Assembly (NCBI GenBank): GCA_963777505.1
Contig: CAVZQN010000008.1
Coordinates: 64,001 to 128,000, forward strand
From: an uncultured bacterium
GTDB lineage: Bacteria; Acidobacteriota; HRBIN11; JAKEFK01
Length of the DNA stretch: 64,000 bases
Direction of reading: 5' to 3'
In this document: piece after piece, positions 20,503 through 30,523 of the stretch
Numbering within the stretch: position 1 is the first letter of the stretch
Layout of the letters: each line of letters starts with the position of its first letter
The notes under the pieces: model-generated
The model's input: only the letters and a program-made list of their open reading frames with translations
The model's database searches: none
Told to the model about the DNA's origin: nothing
Program-made: the position numbers and the translations under genes

Positions 20503-21501
20503 ATGCGGATTCACAGACCGGTTCTTATAAAGGAAGCGGTTACTTTGTTGAACTGCCGGAGCGGGGGATTGTATATGGACTGTACAGCAGGAATGGCGGG
20601 GCATTCCGAAGAAATTCTTAGAGCTTCTGCTCCCGATGGCCATCTCCTTGCATTGGATCGTGATGAGCAAGCCATTGCAATCGTCCGGCAAAAACTAGCA
20701 CCCTATCAAAACCGCGTAACAATTGTTCACTCGGATTACAGGAGAATTGGGAAAGTGTTGGAAGAGAGCTCATTCGGACAGCCTGATGGGATTCTGGCTG
20801 ATCTTGGAGTTTCTATGTTGCAATTCTCCGACCCCCAACGCGGTTTTAGCTTTCAAGAAGAAGGTCCACTCGACATGCGCATGGATCAGAGCCAGAGAGA
20901 GACTGCTGAAGATTTGATCTCTCGAGCATCTGAAGAAGAATTGACCGACATCCTGAAAGAATATGGTGAAGAACCAGCGGCAAAAAGAATCGCAAGAAGG
21001 ATTGTTCAGGAACGAAAAACTCAGCCGATACAAACAACAACTGAATTACGCAAGATTATAGAAAAAGTAATTCCGTTAAGACATCATCAAAGAATTCATC
21101 CCGCCACACTGACATTTCAAGCGTTGCGGATTGCAGTCAATCGTGAGTTAGAGGAATTAGACGAATTTTTGTTCGATGCATTTGATGCTTTAGTGAATGG
21201 AGGGCGGCTTGTCGTAATTGCTTTCCATTCTTTAGAGGATCGAATTGTAAAACAGGCGTTCCGCTTTTTATCGGCGGCTTGCCGTTGTTCTATAGCATTA
21301 CCTGTCTGTCAGTGTGGCGGCAAGCCGCTGTCCAAACTATTAACCTCATCGCCAGTGCGTCCAGGCGAAGAAGAACTCAATGAAAATCCACCGAGTCGCA
21401 GCGCAAAATTGCGCGCAATTGAAAAGATTGAGGGAACTGTTCCGCGCGAATTATGGCAGACATGGCTGAATGAACATCAAAACTGGAAAAGAAATCGATG
21501 A
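20503..21501 (+). CDS. rsmH: 16S rRNA m4C1402 methyltransferase
   Basis: HRPVL, DCTAGMAGHS, DLGVSMLQ, GPLDMRMD, FQALRIAVN and RSAKLR. Confidence 0.95.
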   Translation: MRIHRPVLIKEAVTLLNCRSGGLYMDCTAGMAGHSEEILRASAPDGHLLALDRDEQAIAIVRQKLAPYQNRVTIVHSDYRRIGKVLEESSFGQPDGILADLGVSMLQFSDPQRGFSFQEEGPLDMRMDQSQRETAEDLISRASEEELTDILKEYGEEPAAKRIARRIVQERKTQPIQTTTELRKIIEKVIPLRHHQRIHPATLTFQALRIAVNRELEELDEFLFDAFDALVNGGRLVVIAFHSLEDRIVKQAFRFLSAACRCSIALPVCQCGGKPLSKLLTSSPVRPGEEELNENPPSRSAKLRAIEKIEGTVPRELWQTWLNEHQNWKRNR

Positions 21502-21515
21502 GAACAAGTTTTAAC

Positions 21516-21570
21516 GGAGCGCGGGCGTCATTGCCCGCCAATGTTAGGCGGGCACCGAGGCCTGCCCTCC
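21516..21570. repeat. REP-like inverted doublet
   Basis: GGAG-c-gcgggc(gtcatt)gcccgc ... ggcgggc(accgag)gcctgcc-CTCC. Confidence 0.65.
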
Positions 21571-21580
21571 CAAATTTTGT

Positions 21581-21958
21581 ATGAATAACAGAGTTTACAT
21601 TCAGTCAAAAAAATTAAGGCAGCAGGAACCTTTACGGCAGCGCGATCCTGTACAATTTCGCACTCTTATGTTGATCCTTTTTACATGTTCTTTAATTGTG
21701 CTAGGAATCCTCTCCTATATATGGAGAGGTGTTGAAATCATCAGCATGGGTTATAAGATGCGCGCGATTTATTCTCAGCAAAGTCTTTTAAAGGAACAGC
21801 GTCAGAAATTAATCCTTGAAAAAGCAGCTCTTCGATCATTAAAAAGAATTGAACATATTGCTTCTTCTCAATTAAACCTGGTCAAACCAAATCCCGAGCA
21901 AATTATTATTCTGCGATCTTCTCAGCAGACACCGAAAGAGCGTAAGAATGTACAGTAA
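21581..21958 (+). CDS. ftsL: Cell division protein FtsL
   Basis: Single TM plus coiled coil, RIEHIASSQLNL; lies between rsmH and ftsI. Confidence 0.8.
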   Translation: MNNRVYIQSKKLRQQEPLRQRDPVQFRTLMLILFTCSLIVLGILSYIWRGVEIISMGYKMRAIYSQQSLLKEQRQKLILEKAALRSLKRIEHIASSQLNLVKPNPEQIIILRSSQQTPKERKNVQ

Positions 21959-24029
21959 TTCGTTTCGATCGCCCCGCGTTGCACCGGGATTATTCCGGAC
22001 ACGTTTTCAGCTCGGGATCCTTCTTTGTTTTGCATGGATCGGCATCATCGTGCTGCGCCTCATTTTCCTGCAAGTTTTTAAGCATGACCATTACGTCGCG
22101 CGTGCAAATAAACAACGCCAGAGTGTTGTCGCTCTTTATCCGGAACGAGGTCCGATTTTAGATCGGAAAAACAGGCAACTTGCGATCAGCATCGCTGAAA
22201 ATTCAATCTATGGCATCCCTGAAGAAATGAAAAGCCCGCTTGAAGCGATGCACAAAATAAGCAACATCGTTGAAATTGATCAGAAGGATCTTTTACAACG
22301 TTCTTCAACTAAATCATTCTTCTGGATCGCCAGAAAAATTCCAAAAGAGAAGGCAGAAGCAATCCGAAAGCTTGATTTACCTGGTGTTTACTTCACAACA
22401 GAAAGCAGACGGTATTATCCAAATAAGAATCTTGCGTCCCATGTACTCGGTTTCGTTGGCATGGATAACAAAGGATTATCCGGCGTTGAATATCAATATG
22501 AACATGTGATTACTGGAGTTCCCGGAAAACTGTTTGCACTTCGGGATGCAAAACGGAGACTTCTTCTTCCTGGCGGCGAAAATTCAATGGTGCCGCCTAC
22601 TGTCGGTAGATCGCTCCAACTTACAATCGACTCTTCTATTCAACATATCGTTGAAACGGAATTGAAAACCGCGGTGGAAGAACGCGCTGCAAGCGGTGGT
22701 TCAGTCATTATCCTGAAACCGCAAACAGGCGAAATTCTAGCAATTGCAAATGCGCCTGATTTTAATCCCAATGCATACAAGCAAAGCGAAGCAAAACAAT
22801 GGAAGAATCGAGCGATTACAGATTATTACGAACCAGGTTCCACATTTAAGCCTGTTATCGCTGCCGCAGCATTGGACCGCGGCCTGGTGAGTCCGGATGA
22901 TCAGTTTGACTGCCAGTGGGGATCAATTGTCCTGGCGGGAATTGTTATGAAGGACCACAAACCATTTGGTGTTCTTACATTTCGTGAAATTATCGAAAAA
23001 TCGAGCAATGTTGGCACTATTAAAGTTGGATTAAAGATTGGCCCGCAGGGACTCGTTCAATATGCACGTTCTTTTGGATTCGGACAAAAAACAGGGATTG
23101 ATTTACCGGGAGAAAGTTCCGGTATATTAAGATCCCCGAAAAAGTGGTCTGCCCTTTCAATTGGAGCGATTTCAATTGGACAGGAAGTAGGAGTAACACC
23201 ACTTCAGATTTTGCGGATGATCACCTCTGTTGGGAATGGTGGTTATCTTGTATCACCTCACACAGTTTCAAGAATCTCAGATAGTTCTGGTGATTTAAAA
23301 CCGGCTGTGTTCCCACAACCACAAGCACTGCCATTTAAACACACAACGTTAAGTACATTACAGGAATTTTTGGAAGGGGTTGTAGCCCACGGCTCGGGGA
23401 CTCTAGCGCAAATTCCCGGATATTCAGTAGCAGGTAAAACCGGAACAGCGCAAAAAATCGGCCCGTCCGGCACCTATGCTGATGGCGGATACATTGCATC
23501 CTTTGCTGGCTATGCGCCGGCAAAGGATCCGGCCATTAGCATGATTGTGGTGCTGTATAACCCAAAGAAGGAATTTTATGGAGGAAGAGTAGCTGCCCCT
23601 CTATTTCGGAAAATCGGACAACAGGTTTTGAAGTATCTGGACATTCCCCCTGACCAGAATACGGAAAATCCTGCATTTACAACAGCACAGTCCGCGTTCC
23701 CCCGCGTGACTGAAGCAAATTATCCGGAAGGTATTGAGTCGGTAGCATACACTTCTCCTCCTAATCAGCATCACAAGCTCGTCATTGCCCCTGACGACGG
23801 CATGGCCAACGAGCTTGTGATGCCTTATTTGTTTGGAAAAACAGCCAGTGAAACAATAGAAATTCTAAGTAAAACAAAAATCCCGTTCCGCCTTCTCGGT
23901 ACAGGCACAGTAATTAAACAATGGCCTATTCCGGGCTCGCTTTTAAAACTGGATGACATGATGATTATTACGCTGGCACATTCCAAAAATACTTCAACAT
24001 TTACGGACCGGAATGCTAGCAGCAAGTAA
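21948..24029 (+). CDS. ftsI: Class B PBP FtsI with PASTA-like C-terminus
   Basis: RGPILDR, YEPGSTFK, SSN and KTGTAQ. Confidence 0.92.
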   Translation: MYSNSFRSPRVAPGLFRTRFQLGILLCFAWIGIIVLRLIFLQVFKHDHYVARANKQRQSVVALYPERGPILDRKNRQLAISIAENSIYGIPEEMKSPLEAMHKISNIVEIDQKDLLQRSSTKSFFWIARKIPKEKAEAIRKLDLPGVYFTTESRRYYPNKNLASHVLGFVGMDNKGLSGVEYQYEHVITGVPGKLFALRDAKRRLLLPGGENSMVPPTVGRSLQLTIDSSIQHIVETELKTAVEERAASGGSVIILKPQTGEILAIANAPDFNPNAYKQSEAKQWKNRAITDYYEPGSTFKPVIAAAALDRGLVSPDDQFDCQWGSIVLAGIVMKDHKPFGVLTFREIIEKSSNVGTIKVGLKIGPQGLVQYARSFGFGQKTGIDLPGESSGILRSPKKWSALSIGAISIGQEVGVTPLQILRMITSVGNGGYLVSPHTVSRISDSSGDLKPAVFPQPQALPFKHTTLSTLQEFLEGVVAHGSGTLAQIPGYSVAGKTGTAQKIGPSGTYADGGYIASFAGYAPAKDPAISMIVVLYNPKKEFYGGRVAAPLFRKIGQQVLKYLDIPPDQNTENPAFTTAQSAFPRVTEANYPEGIESVAYTSPPNQHHKLVIAPDDGMANELVMPYLFGKTASETIEILSKTKIPFRLLGTGTVIKQWPIPGSLLKLDDMMIITLAHSKNTSTFTDRNASSK

Positions 24030-24031
24030 GA

Positions 24032-25507
24032 ATGAATCTAAAAACCCTACTTTCTGTACTGCAGAAGTACGAGATCTCAGAAGTTTCAGATCTCGATATT
24101 ACAGGCTTTGCTTACGATTCGCGTAAGGTAAAGCCGGGGAATCTTTTTGCGGCACTTCCCGGACTCCAGCATCATGGAAGCGAGTTTCAAGCTCAAGCCG
24201 AAAAAAATGGCGCAATTGCCATCTTAAGTGATCGTCTACTAAAATCTTCCCTTCCCATCATTACAGTAGAAAATCCACGTGCTGCGCTTGCTGCGCTTAG
24301 CAATGCTTTTTATCAATATCCTTCAACAAAGTTAAAACTATTCGGAGTTACAGGAACCAACGGCAAAACAACTACAACTTATCTACTCCAATCCATCCTT
24401 GAAGCGGCTGGATTGCGGACCGGTTTACTTGGAACTGTTGTTTACAGCGGAAAAGAGTTTCGCTCTGATGCAAAGTTAACGACTCCTGAATCTCTTGATC
24501 TTCAGGAAATGCTTGCAAAAATGGTTGCAGAAAAAGATGCGGCATGCGTGATGGAAGTTTCATCACATTCACTTGTAATGTCACGTGTTGCAAGCTGTGC
24601 GTTTGAAGCGGCAATATTCACCAACTTGACTCAAGATCATCTGGATTTTCACAAGACAATGGAAGACTACTTCGAGGCCAAAAAAATTCTATTCGATGGC
24701 CATACTTGCGCAGCAAAAAGTGCATTCATTAATAAAGATGATCCTTATGGCAAACGGATTCTGGCTGATCGCAAAGTTTCCGGACTCGATAGCTTTAGTT
24801 ACGGATTCAGCCCTGGATCATCATTCCGGATTCGCGATTGGAAAAGCACAGCACAAGAAAGCAATATGGTGATCCGTTACGAAAACAGAGATATCAAAAT
24901 CAAAACACCTCTTCTGGCTCGCTACAATGCATACAATCTCTGCGGTGCTTTTGCTGCTGCAACAATTGCTGGAATCGATCGGACCGCAATCTTGCAAGGC
25001 ATCGAAAACATGAAGCAAATACCGGGCCGTCTCGAAAAGATTGATCATGGTCAGCCATTCTTAGTTTTTATCGATTATGCACATACAGAAGACGCCCTCC
25101 GTCAAGTTTTGAGCACACTACGACCGTACACACGCGAGCGATTAATCGTTTTATTCGGATGTGGTGGAGAACGGGATAAAGGTAAGCGCCCTATGATGGG
25201 ACGAGCAGCCGGAGAACTCGCTGATGAAGTAATTTTGACTTCCGATAATCCAAGAAGCGAAAACCCGGCCACTATATTGCAGCAAATTAAAACGGGTGTC
25301 GAGAAAAGTGGAAATTCGAATCTGCATATTATTCCGGATCGAAAAGAAGCAATTGAGTTTGCTTTAAAACTCGCTGCACCTACAGATACGTTACTTCTTG
25401 CTGGAAAAGGGCATGAAACGTATCAGGTAATCGGAAAAGAAAAACAGCATTTTGATGAAAGAGAGATCCTGAAAGATGAATTAGGAAAGATGAAAGCTGA
25501 AAGTTAA
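24032..25507 (+). CDS. murE: UDP-MurNAc-tripeptide synthetase
   Basis: GVTGTNGKTT, MEVSSH, DYAHT, DNPR and AGKGHE. Confidence 0.95.
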   Translation: MNLKTLLSVLQKYEISEVSDLDITGFAYDSRKVKPGNLFAALPGLQHHGSEFQAQAEKNGAIAILSDRLLKSSLPIITVENPRAALAALSNAFYQYPSTKLKLFGVTGTNGKTTTTYLLQSILEAAGLRTGLLGTVVYSGKEFRSDAKLTTPESLDLQEMLAKMVAEKDAACVMEVSSHSLVMSRVASCAFEAAIFTNLTQDHLDFHKTMEDYFEAKKILFDGHTCAAKSAFINKDDPYGKRILADRKVSGLDSFSYGFSPGSSFRIRDWKSTAQESNMVIRYENRDIKIKTPLLARYNAYNLCGAFAAATIAGIDRTAILQGIENMKQIPGRLEKIDHGQPFLVFIDYAHTEDALRQVLSTLRPYTRERLIVLFGCGGERDKGKRPMMGRAAGELADEVILTSDNPRSENPATILQQIKTGVEKSGNSNLHIIPDRKEAIEFALKLAAPTDTLLLAGKGHETYQVIGKEKQHFDEREILKDELGKMKAES

Positions 25508-25545
25508 CTCACTTTCATCGTTCATCTTTCATCGTTCACCTTTCA
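25470..25545. repeat. Empty 7-nt-periodic inverted repeat spanning the murE stop
   Basis: 35-nt arms (29/35 complementary) built from tgaaaga/tgaacga units; the 6-nt loop contains the murE TAA. Confidence 0.8.
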
Positions 25546-25550
25546 AAACT

Positions 25551-26906
25551 ATGGTTCTATCAATGGAAACGGTACTTCGTGAAACAGCTGGAAGACTGCT
25601 TCGCGGCAAAACAGATTATTTTTCATCTTACGCGATCGATTCACGTAAGGTGCAACAAGGAAGCTTGTTTTTTGCACTTAAGGGCGAGCAGACTGATGGT
25701 CATTTGTTTGTAGAATCTGCGTTAAATGCCGGCGCTAAAGGCGCGATCGTTCAACACGATTCAAAATCGAATGGCACATTATTGCTCGTAGAAGATTCTC
25801 TAAAGGCGCTTTACGATCTTGCGGCCTTCGTCCGCAAACAAAGCGCGGCTAGATTTATCGGCATAACCGGAAGTGCAGGAAAAACGTCAACGAAAGAATT
25901 CACTGCAGCAATTTTGACGGAACGATTTCGAGTTTATAAAAGCGAAGGAAATTTGAATAGCCTCACAGGTTTGCCACTGAGCATTCTTGCTATTGAAGAT
26001 CAACAACGTGCGGTGTTTGAAGCTGGAATGAATCAGCCGGGCGAAATGGCTTCGCTTGGCAAACTGCTTCGTCCCGATATAGCGGTGCTCCTAAACGTAA
26101 ACCCTGTTCATATGGGTCAATTCAAATCTGAAAAAGACATTGCGATTGAGAAAGCTTCCCTGGCGGATTCATTGCAAAATGACGGAAAAATCATTTACAA
26201 CGCAGATGACGCTCTGCTTCAAGAACAGGTCAGCCAGCGGACTGCAAGTCATATCTCATTCGGCAGATCACAAAATGCGGATCTTCGAATTGAAGCATTG
26301 AAGTTAAAAGGTGTTCGTGGTTTGGAAGCGTCTTTTCTATGGCACGGCCAGAAGTTAAACGTTGAATCTTCGCTGAGCGGTCTTGGAAATGCCTACAATA
26401 TCGCAGCCGCAGCTTGCGTCGCACTGATCGAAGGACTTGATGTTTCAGAAATAGAAAATGCCATTCGGAAATTATCCCCTTATGCGCAGAGAGGCATTTT
26501 AATTCAGCTTGGCGGGATGCATATTTATGATGATACTTACAATAGCAATCCCCGCGCACTTGAAATCGCACTCCAGCTCATTGCAGCCAGTGAAGGGTAT
26601 AAAAGAAGAGTCGCTGTGCTTGGTGACATGCTTGAACTGGGTTCAAGTGAAATTGAATATCATGCCCAGGCCGGTCGAAGTGCCGCACAAAATAAAATTG
26701 ATGTTCTCATTGCAGCGGGCCCATTAAGCCGTCATCTCGCAGATGCAGCCAGAAAAAGTGGCGTAAGCGAAGTTCATTCCGCTGAAAATTCAACAGAAGC
26801 AGGAGAAATCGCAGCAAAAACGCTGCGGGCAGGAGACATTGTTTTGGTTAAAGGCTCTCGTGGAATGAAAATGGAAAGTGTTATTGAACGGTTGAGGAAA
26901 CAATAA
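25551..26906 (+). CDS. murF: UDP-MurNAc-pentapeptide synthetase
   Basis: GITGSAGKTSTKE, DDTYNSNP, LGDMLELG and VKGSRGMKME. Confidence 0.95.
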   Translation: MVLSMETVLRETAGRLLRGKTDYFSSYAIDSRKVQQGSLFFALKGEQTDGHLFVESALNAGAKGAIVQHDSKSNGTLLLVEDSLKALYDLAAFVRKQSAARFIGITGSAGKTSTKEFTAAILTERFRVYKSEGNLNSLTGLPLSILAIEDQQRAVFEAGMNQPGEMASLGKLLRPDIAVLLNVNPVHMGQFKSEKDIAIEKASLADSLQNDGKIIYNADDALLQEQVSQRTASHISFGRSQNADLRIEALKLKGVRGLEASFLWHGQKLNVESSLSGLGNAYNIAAAACVALIEGLDVSEIENAIRKLSPYAQRGILIQLGGMHIYDDTYNSNPRALEIALQLIAASEGYKRRVAVLGDMLELGSSEIEYHAQAGRSAAQNKIDVLIAAGPLSRHLADAARKSGVSEVHSAENSTEAGEIAAKTLRAGDIVLVKGSRGMKMESVIERLRKQ

Positions 26907-27986
26907 ATGCTGCATTGGCTTCTTTCTCCTGAACTGACCGGCCTTGCGTTGTTTCAGTACATTACGTTCCGTACTGCTGCATCTACGCTAACGGCGATGA
27001 TGATTACGCTCCTGTTTGGCGGCTGGGCGATCCGCAAACTGAAAGAATTTCAAATCAAACAACATATTCGCGAAGAAGGTCCGGCATCGCATCAAACAAA
27101 AGCCGGAACTCCTACAATGGGTGGATTGATTGTTATTGCGGGAATTCTTATCCCTACAATGCTCTGGGCCGATCTTTCGAATCCGTTTGTTTGGATCCTC
27201 TTGTTTGCATTACTTTCTTTTGGTGCAATCGGATTTATGGATGATTTCACAAAAGTTGCAGAAGGCCGGAATTTAGGAATTACTGCCAGACACAAATTCG
27301 CATTCCAGATTATTTGCAGTGCAATCATTGGTTTCTTTCTTTTATATCTTTCCAGAACAACCGATTACTACGATACTCGCCTTCATTTTCCCTTTGTTAA
27401 ATGGTGGCAACCTGATCTCGGTTACTTTTACGTCTTATTGGTAATCATAGTTCTTGTTGGCGCATCGAATGCTGTGAACCTAACTGATGGGTTGGATGGT
27501 CTCGCTATAGGTTCCGTATTAATTGCATCGGCGGCGTACACAGCACTTGCATACGTCGCTGGCCACTTTGTTTTTTCGGAATATTTACGAATCACTTTCT
27601 TGACGTATGCAGGCGAAACAACTGTTTTCGGCGGAGCAATGGTCGGAGCCAGCATCGGATTTCTCTGGTATAACTCATATCCTGCTGAAGTTTTTATGGG
27701 AGATACAGGTTCACTTTCGCTGGGCGGGTCAATCGGAACAATGGCCATTCTCATTAAGCAAGAATTTTTGTTGATTATAGTAGGCGGCCTTTTTGTTGTC
27801 GAAGCGCTTTCAGTAATCATTCAAGTTTCTTATTTTAAGCTGACAAAGAAGCGCGTTTTTTTAATGGCTCCACTTCACCATCATTTTGAATTAAAAGGAT
27901 GGAAAGAACCAAAGGTCATTATTCGTTTTTGGATCCTTGCATTTTTATTCATGCTGCTGAGTCTTACAACATTGAAATTACGATGA
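26907..27986 (+). CDS. mraY: Phospho-MurNAc-pentapeptide transferase
   Basis: GTPTMGG, NAVNLTDGLDGLA, FMGDTGS and MAPLHHHFE. Confidence 0.96.
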   Translation: MLHWLLSPELTGLALFQYITFRTAASTLTAMMITLLFGGWAIRKLKEFQIKQHIREEGPASHQTKAGTPTMGGLIVIAGILIPTMLWADLSNPFVWILLFALLSFGAIGFMDDFTKVAEGRNLGITARHKFAFQIICSAIIGFFLLYLSRTTDYYDTRLHFPFVKWWQPDLGYFYVLLVIIVLVGASNAVNLTDGLDGLAIGSVLIASAAYTALAYVAGHFVFSEYLRITFLTYAGETTVFGGAMVGASIGFLWYNSYPAEVFMGDTGSLSLGGSIGTMAILIKQEFLLIIVGGLFVVEALSVIIQVSYFKLTKKRVFLMAPLHHHFELKGWKEPKVIIRFWILAFLFMLLSLTTLKLR

Positions 27987-29353
27987 TTGAAGGAAAAAAA
28001 ATACTTGTAGCTGGGTTTGCAAGAACCGGCCAGGCGGTCGTACGGTTTTTACTGAATCGGAAGAACTGTAGTGTGTCTGTTTCAGATACACGTCCAGCAA
28101 GTGAATTCGGCAACTACCAAGAAGATTTTTCCGGAGTAGAATTCGAGTTCGGAGGTCATACGCCTGAAACTTTTCTAAAGGCAGATCTGATCATTTTAAG
28201 TCCAGGAATTCCTGAAACAATCTTACCCATTGTTGAAGCGAAGAAAAAAGGGATTCGCGTTATTTCAGAAATTGAACTCGCATACCACTTTTTGAAAGGG
28301 ACTTTAATCGGGATTACAGGAACGAATGGGAAATCTACCACAACGGAATTAACAAGCGCGATTCTTCGGTCCGGTGGTAAACGCGCAATGGTCTGCGGAA
28401 ACATAGGCACACCGTTAATTCAATTTTGCGAAGATTCAAAGCCCGAAGATTATTACGTCATTGAAATTTCTAGTTTTCAGCTTGAAACGATTGATGAATT
28501 CCGTCCACACATTGCTGCTTTGATTAATCTTGCTGAAGATCATTTGGATTGGTATCCATCTGTGGAGCCTTACTATTCTGCGAAGATGCGAATCTTTAAG
28601 AATCAAAAAGAAAATGATTTTGCGGTTGTGAATTACGATGATCCATACATTCGAGAACACGTGAATAACATTCAGTCAAATCATTTCTGGTTTTCGAGAA
28701 AAGAAAAGCCTCCTTCAGGGGTTTATGCATCTGAGGGGATCATTCGGTCAATTTCCGGCGGCCAGATCCTTGATTTTTCTCAAGGCCGTTTACAGGGAAT
28801 TCATAATCTTGAAAATACTTTATGTGCTGCATCCATTGCAATGCTTTGCGGTGTTTTTCCCAAGGCGATGCAAAACGCGATCAATCACTTCCAGGGACTC
28901 CATCACAGAATGGAACTTGTTAACGAGATATCGGGTGTTCGTTATTACGATGATTCAAAAGCGACAAACGTTGATGCCGTAATGAAATCGCTTGAAAGTT
29001 TTTCAGGCAATGTTTTTCTTATCATGGGTGGAAGAGATAAGGGTTGCGATTACCGCGTTCTTGAAAGTTTGGTGCGTGACCGTGTGAAGCAGTTGCTATT
29101 CATTGGAGAAGCCAAAGAACGCCTGGCAAAAGAACTCGGTGGTTTTGCACCTTTTGCTTTTTTTGAAACACTTGAACGTGCGATCGATCATGCTGCTAAT
29201 TCCGCCAACAAAGGCGACATTGTCTTGCTTTCGCCGGCTTGTTCGAGTTTTGACATGTTTAAGAATTACGAAGAACGAGGCAGGGCTTTTGCCAACGCAG
29301 TGATCGGCCTCCGAAATCGCTCCGTTACAGGAAACAATGGCTCGACAAATTAG
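27983..29353 (+). CDS. murD: UDP-MurNAc-L-Ala--D-Glu ligase
   Basis: GTNGKSTTT, EISSFQL, DDSKATN and LSPACSSFD; ATGA overlap with mraY. Confidence 0.95.
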   Translation: MIEGKKILVAGFARTGQAVVRFLLNRKNCSVSVSDTRPASEFGNYQEDFSGVEFEFGGHTPETFLKADLIILSPGIPETILPIVEAKKKGIRVISEIELAYHFLKGTLIGITGTNGKSTTTELTSAILRSGGKRAMVCGNIGTPLIQFCEDSKPEDYYVIEISSFQLETIDEFRPHIAALINLAEDHLDWYPSVEPYYSAKMRIFKNQKENDFAVVNYDDPYIREHVNNIQSNHFWFSRKEKPPSGVYASEGIIRSISGGQILDFSQGRLQGIHNLENTLCAASIAMLCGVFPKAMQNAINHFQGLHHRMELVNEISGVRYYDDSKATNVDAVMKSLESFSGNVFLIMGGRDKGCDYRVLESLVRDRVKQLLFIGEAKERLAKELGGFAPFAFFETLERAIDHAANSANKGDIVLLSPACSSFDMFKNYEERGRAFANAVIGLRNRSVTGNNGSTN

Positions 29354-30425
29354 TTCAGACAAATTGCTATTTACGGTAACTGTTGCACTTGTGATGTTCG
29401 GTCTTGTAATGATTTATTCCGCATCGGCCGTACTGGCAATTGAAAAACATGGAAATCCATTTTATTACGTATTTCGCCAGGGGATCTGGGTTCTTCTTAG
29501 TTTCATAGCGATGCTTGTCACAATGCATATTCACTATCGAACGTGGAATAATCGAGTTCTTGTTTTTAGTCTTCTCGTGATTTCAGCTGTTTTGCTTATT
29601 GCAGTTTTATTCATGCCGGCTATCGCAAACGTTCACAGATGGTTTCGAATTGGGCCCGCCTCCATTCAGCCTGCGGAGCTTGCAAAATTTCCAATGATCT
29701 TATTTTTGGCGTGGCATCTCGCAAAAAAACAAGGACAGATTGAATCATTTTGGCAAACGATCTTGCCTGCTTTTTTGGTATGCGGACAAATGGCTTTTTT
29801 GATTGTTATTGAGCCTGATCTTGGAACCGCATTAATGATCGTTGGTATTACAGTCGCATTACTTTTTCTTGCTGGAATGTCATGGAAATATTTCGCCGGC
29901 TTCGCAGTCGTTGCTATACCGCTGGCATATATTCTTATTTTTAGCGTGGATTATAGGCGGCAACGTTTGATTAGCTTCTGGAATCCGGAGGCCGACGCGC
30001 AAGACAGCGGCTTTCAAATACTTCAGTCATTAATTGCACTTGGAACAGGCGGAATAAAAGGAACCGGTCTTGCCAATGGAATTCAAAAACTTTTTTACCT
30101 TCCAGAACCTCATAATGATTTTATTTTTGCAATTGTAGGAGAAGAACTCGGGTTGATTGGCACAGTGGGACTCCTTCTAGCATTTATATTTTTTCTCTGG
30201 CGGGGGCTGAAAATTGCATGGAAAGCACCGGAACCTTTTGGGCAATTCCTGGCAGCAGGCATTACTGTAATGATTGTCTTGCAGGCATTGATCAATATCA
30301 GTGTTGTCATTGGTATTTTGCCAACAAAAGGATTGCCATTGCCTTTTATTAGTTCAGGCGGTTCTTCCCTGCTTGTAAGTATGACCGGAGTTGGAGTCTT
30401 ACTGAATATTTCCCAAAATACATGA
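29337..30425 (+). CDS. ftsW: SEDS peptidoglycan polymerase FtsW
   Basis: IQPAELAK, EPDLGT, LPEPHNDFIF and LPFISSGGSS. Confidence 0.95.
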   Translation: MARQISSDKLLFTVTVALVMFGLVMIYSASAVLAIEKHGNPFYYVFRQGIWVLLSFIAMLVTMHIHYRTWNNRVLVFSLLVISAVLLIAVLFMPAIANVHRWFRIGPASIQPAELAKFPMILFLAWHLAKKQGQIESFWQTILPAFLVCGQMAFLIVIEPDLGTALMIVGITVALLFLAGMSWKYFAGFAVVAIPLAYILIFSVDYRRQRLISFWNPEADAQDSGFQILQSLIALGTGGIKGTGLANGIQKLFYLPEPHNDFIFAIVGEELGLIGTVGLLLAFIFFLWRGLKIAWKAPEPFGQFLAAGITVMIVLQALINISVVIGILPTKGLPLPFISSGGSSLLVSMTGVGVLLNISQNT

Positions 30426-30437
30426 TGTGGTTTAGCT

Positions 30438-30513
30438 GTAGGGGCGGGTCACGTGCCCGCCCACGGAGTTGGAATCAGAATTAATGATCGCCGTGCACTA
30501 GGGCCGCTCCTCC
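30438..30513. repeat. REP-like element (one intact, one degenerate half)
   Basis: GTAG-gggcggg(tcacgtg)cccgccc ... gggccgctcCTCC. Confidence 0.55.
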
Positions 30514-30523
30514 AAGGAAATCT

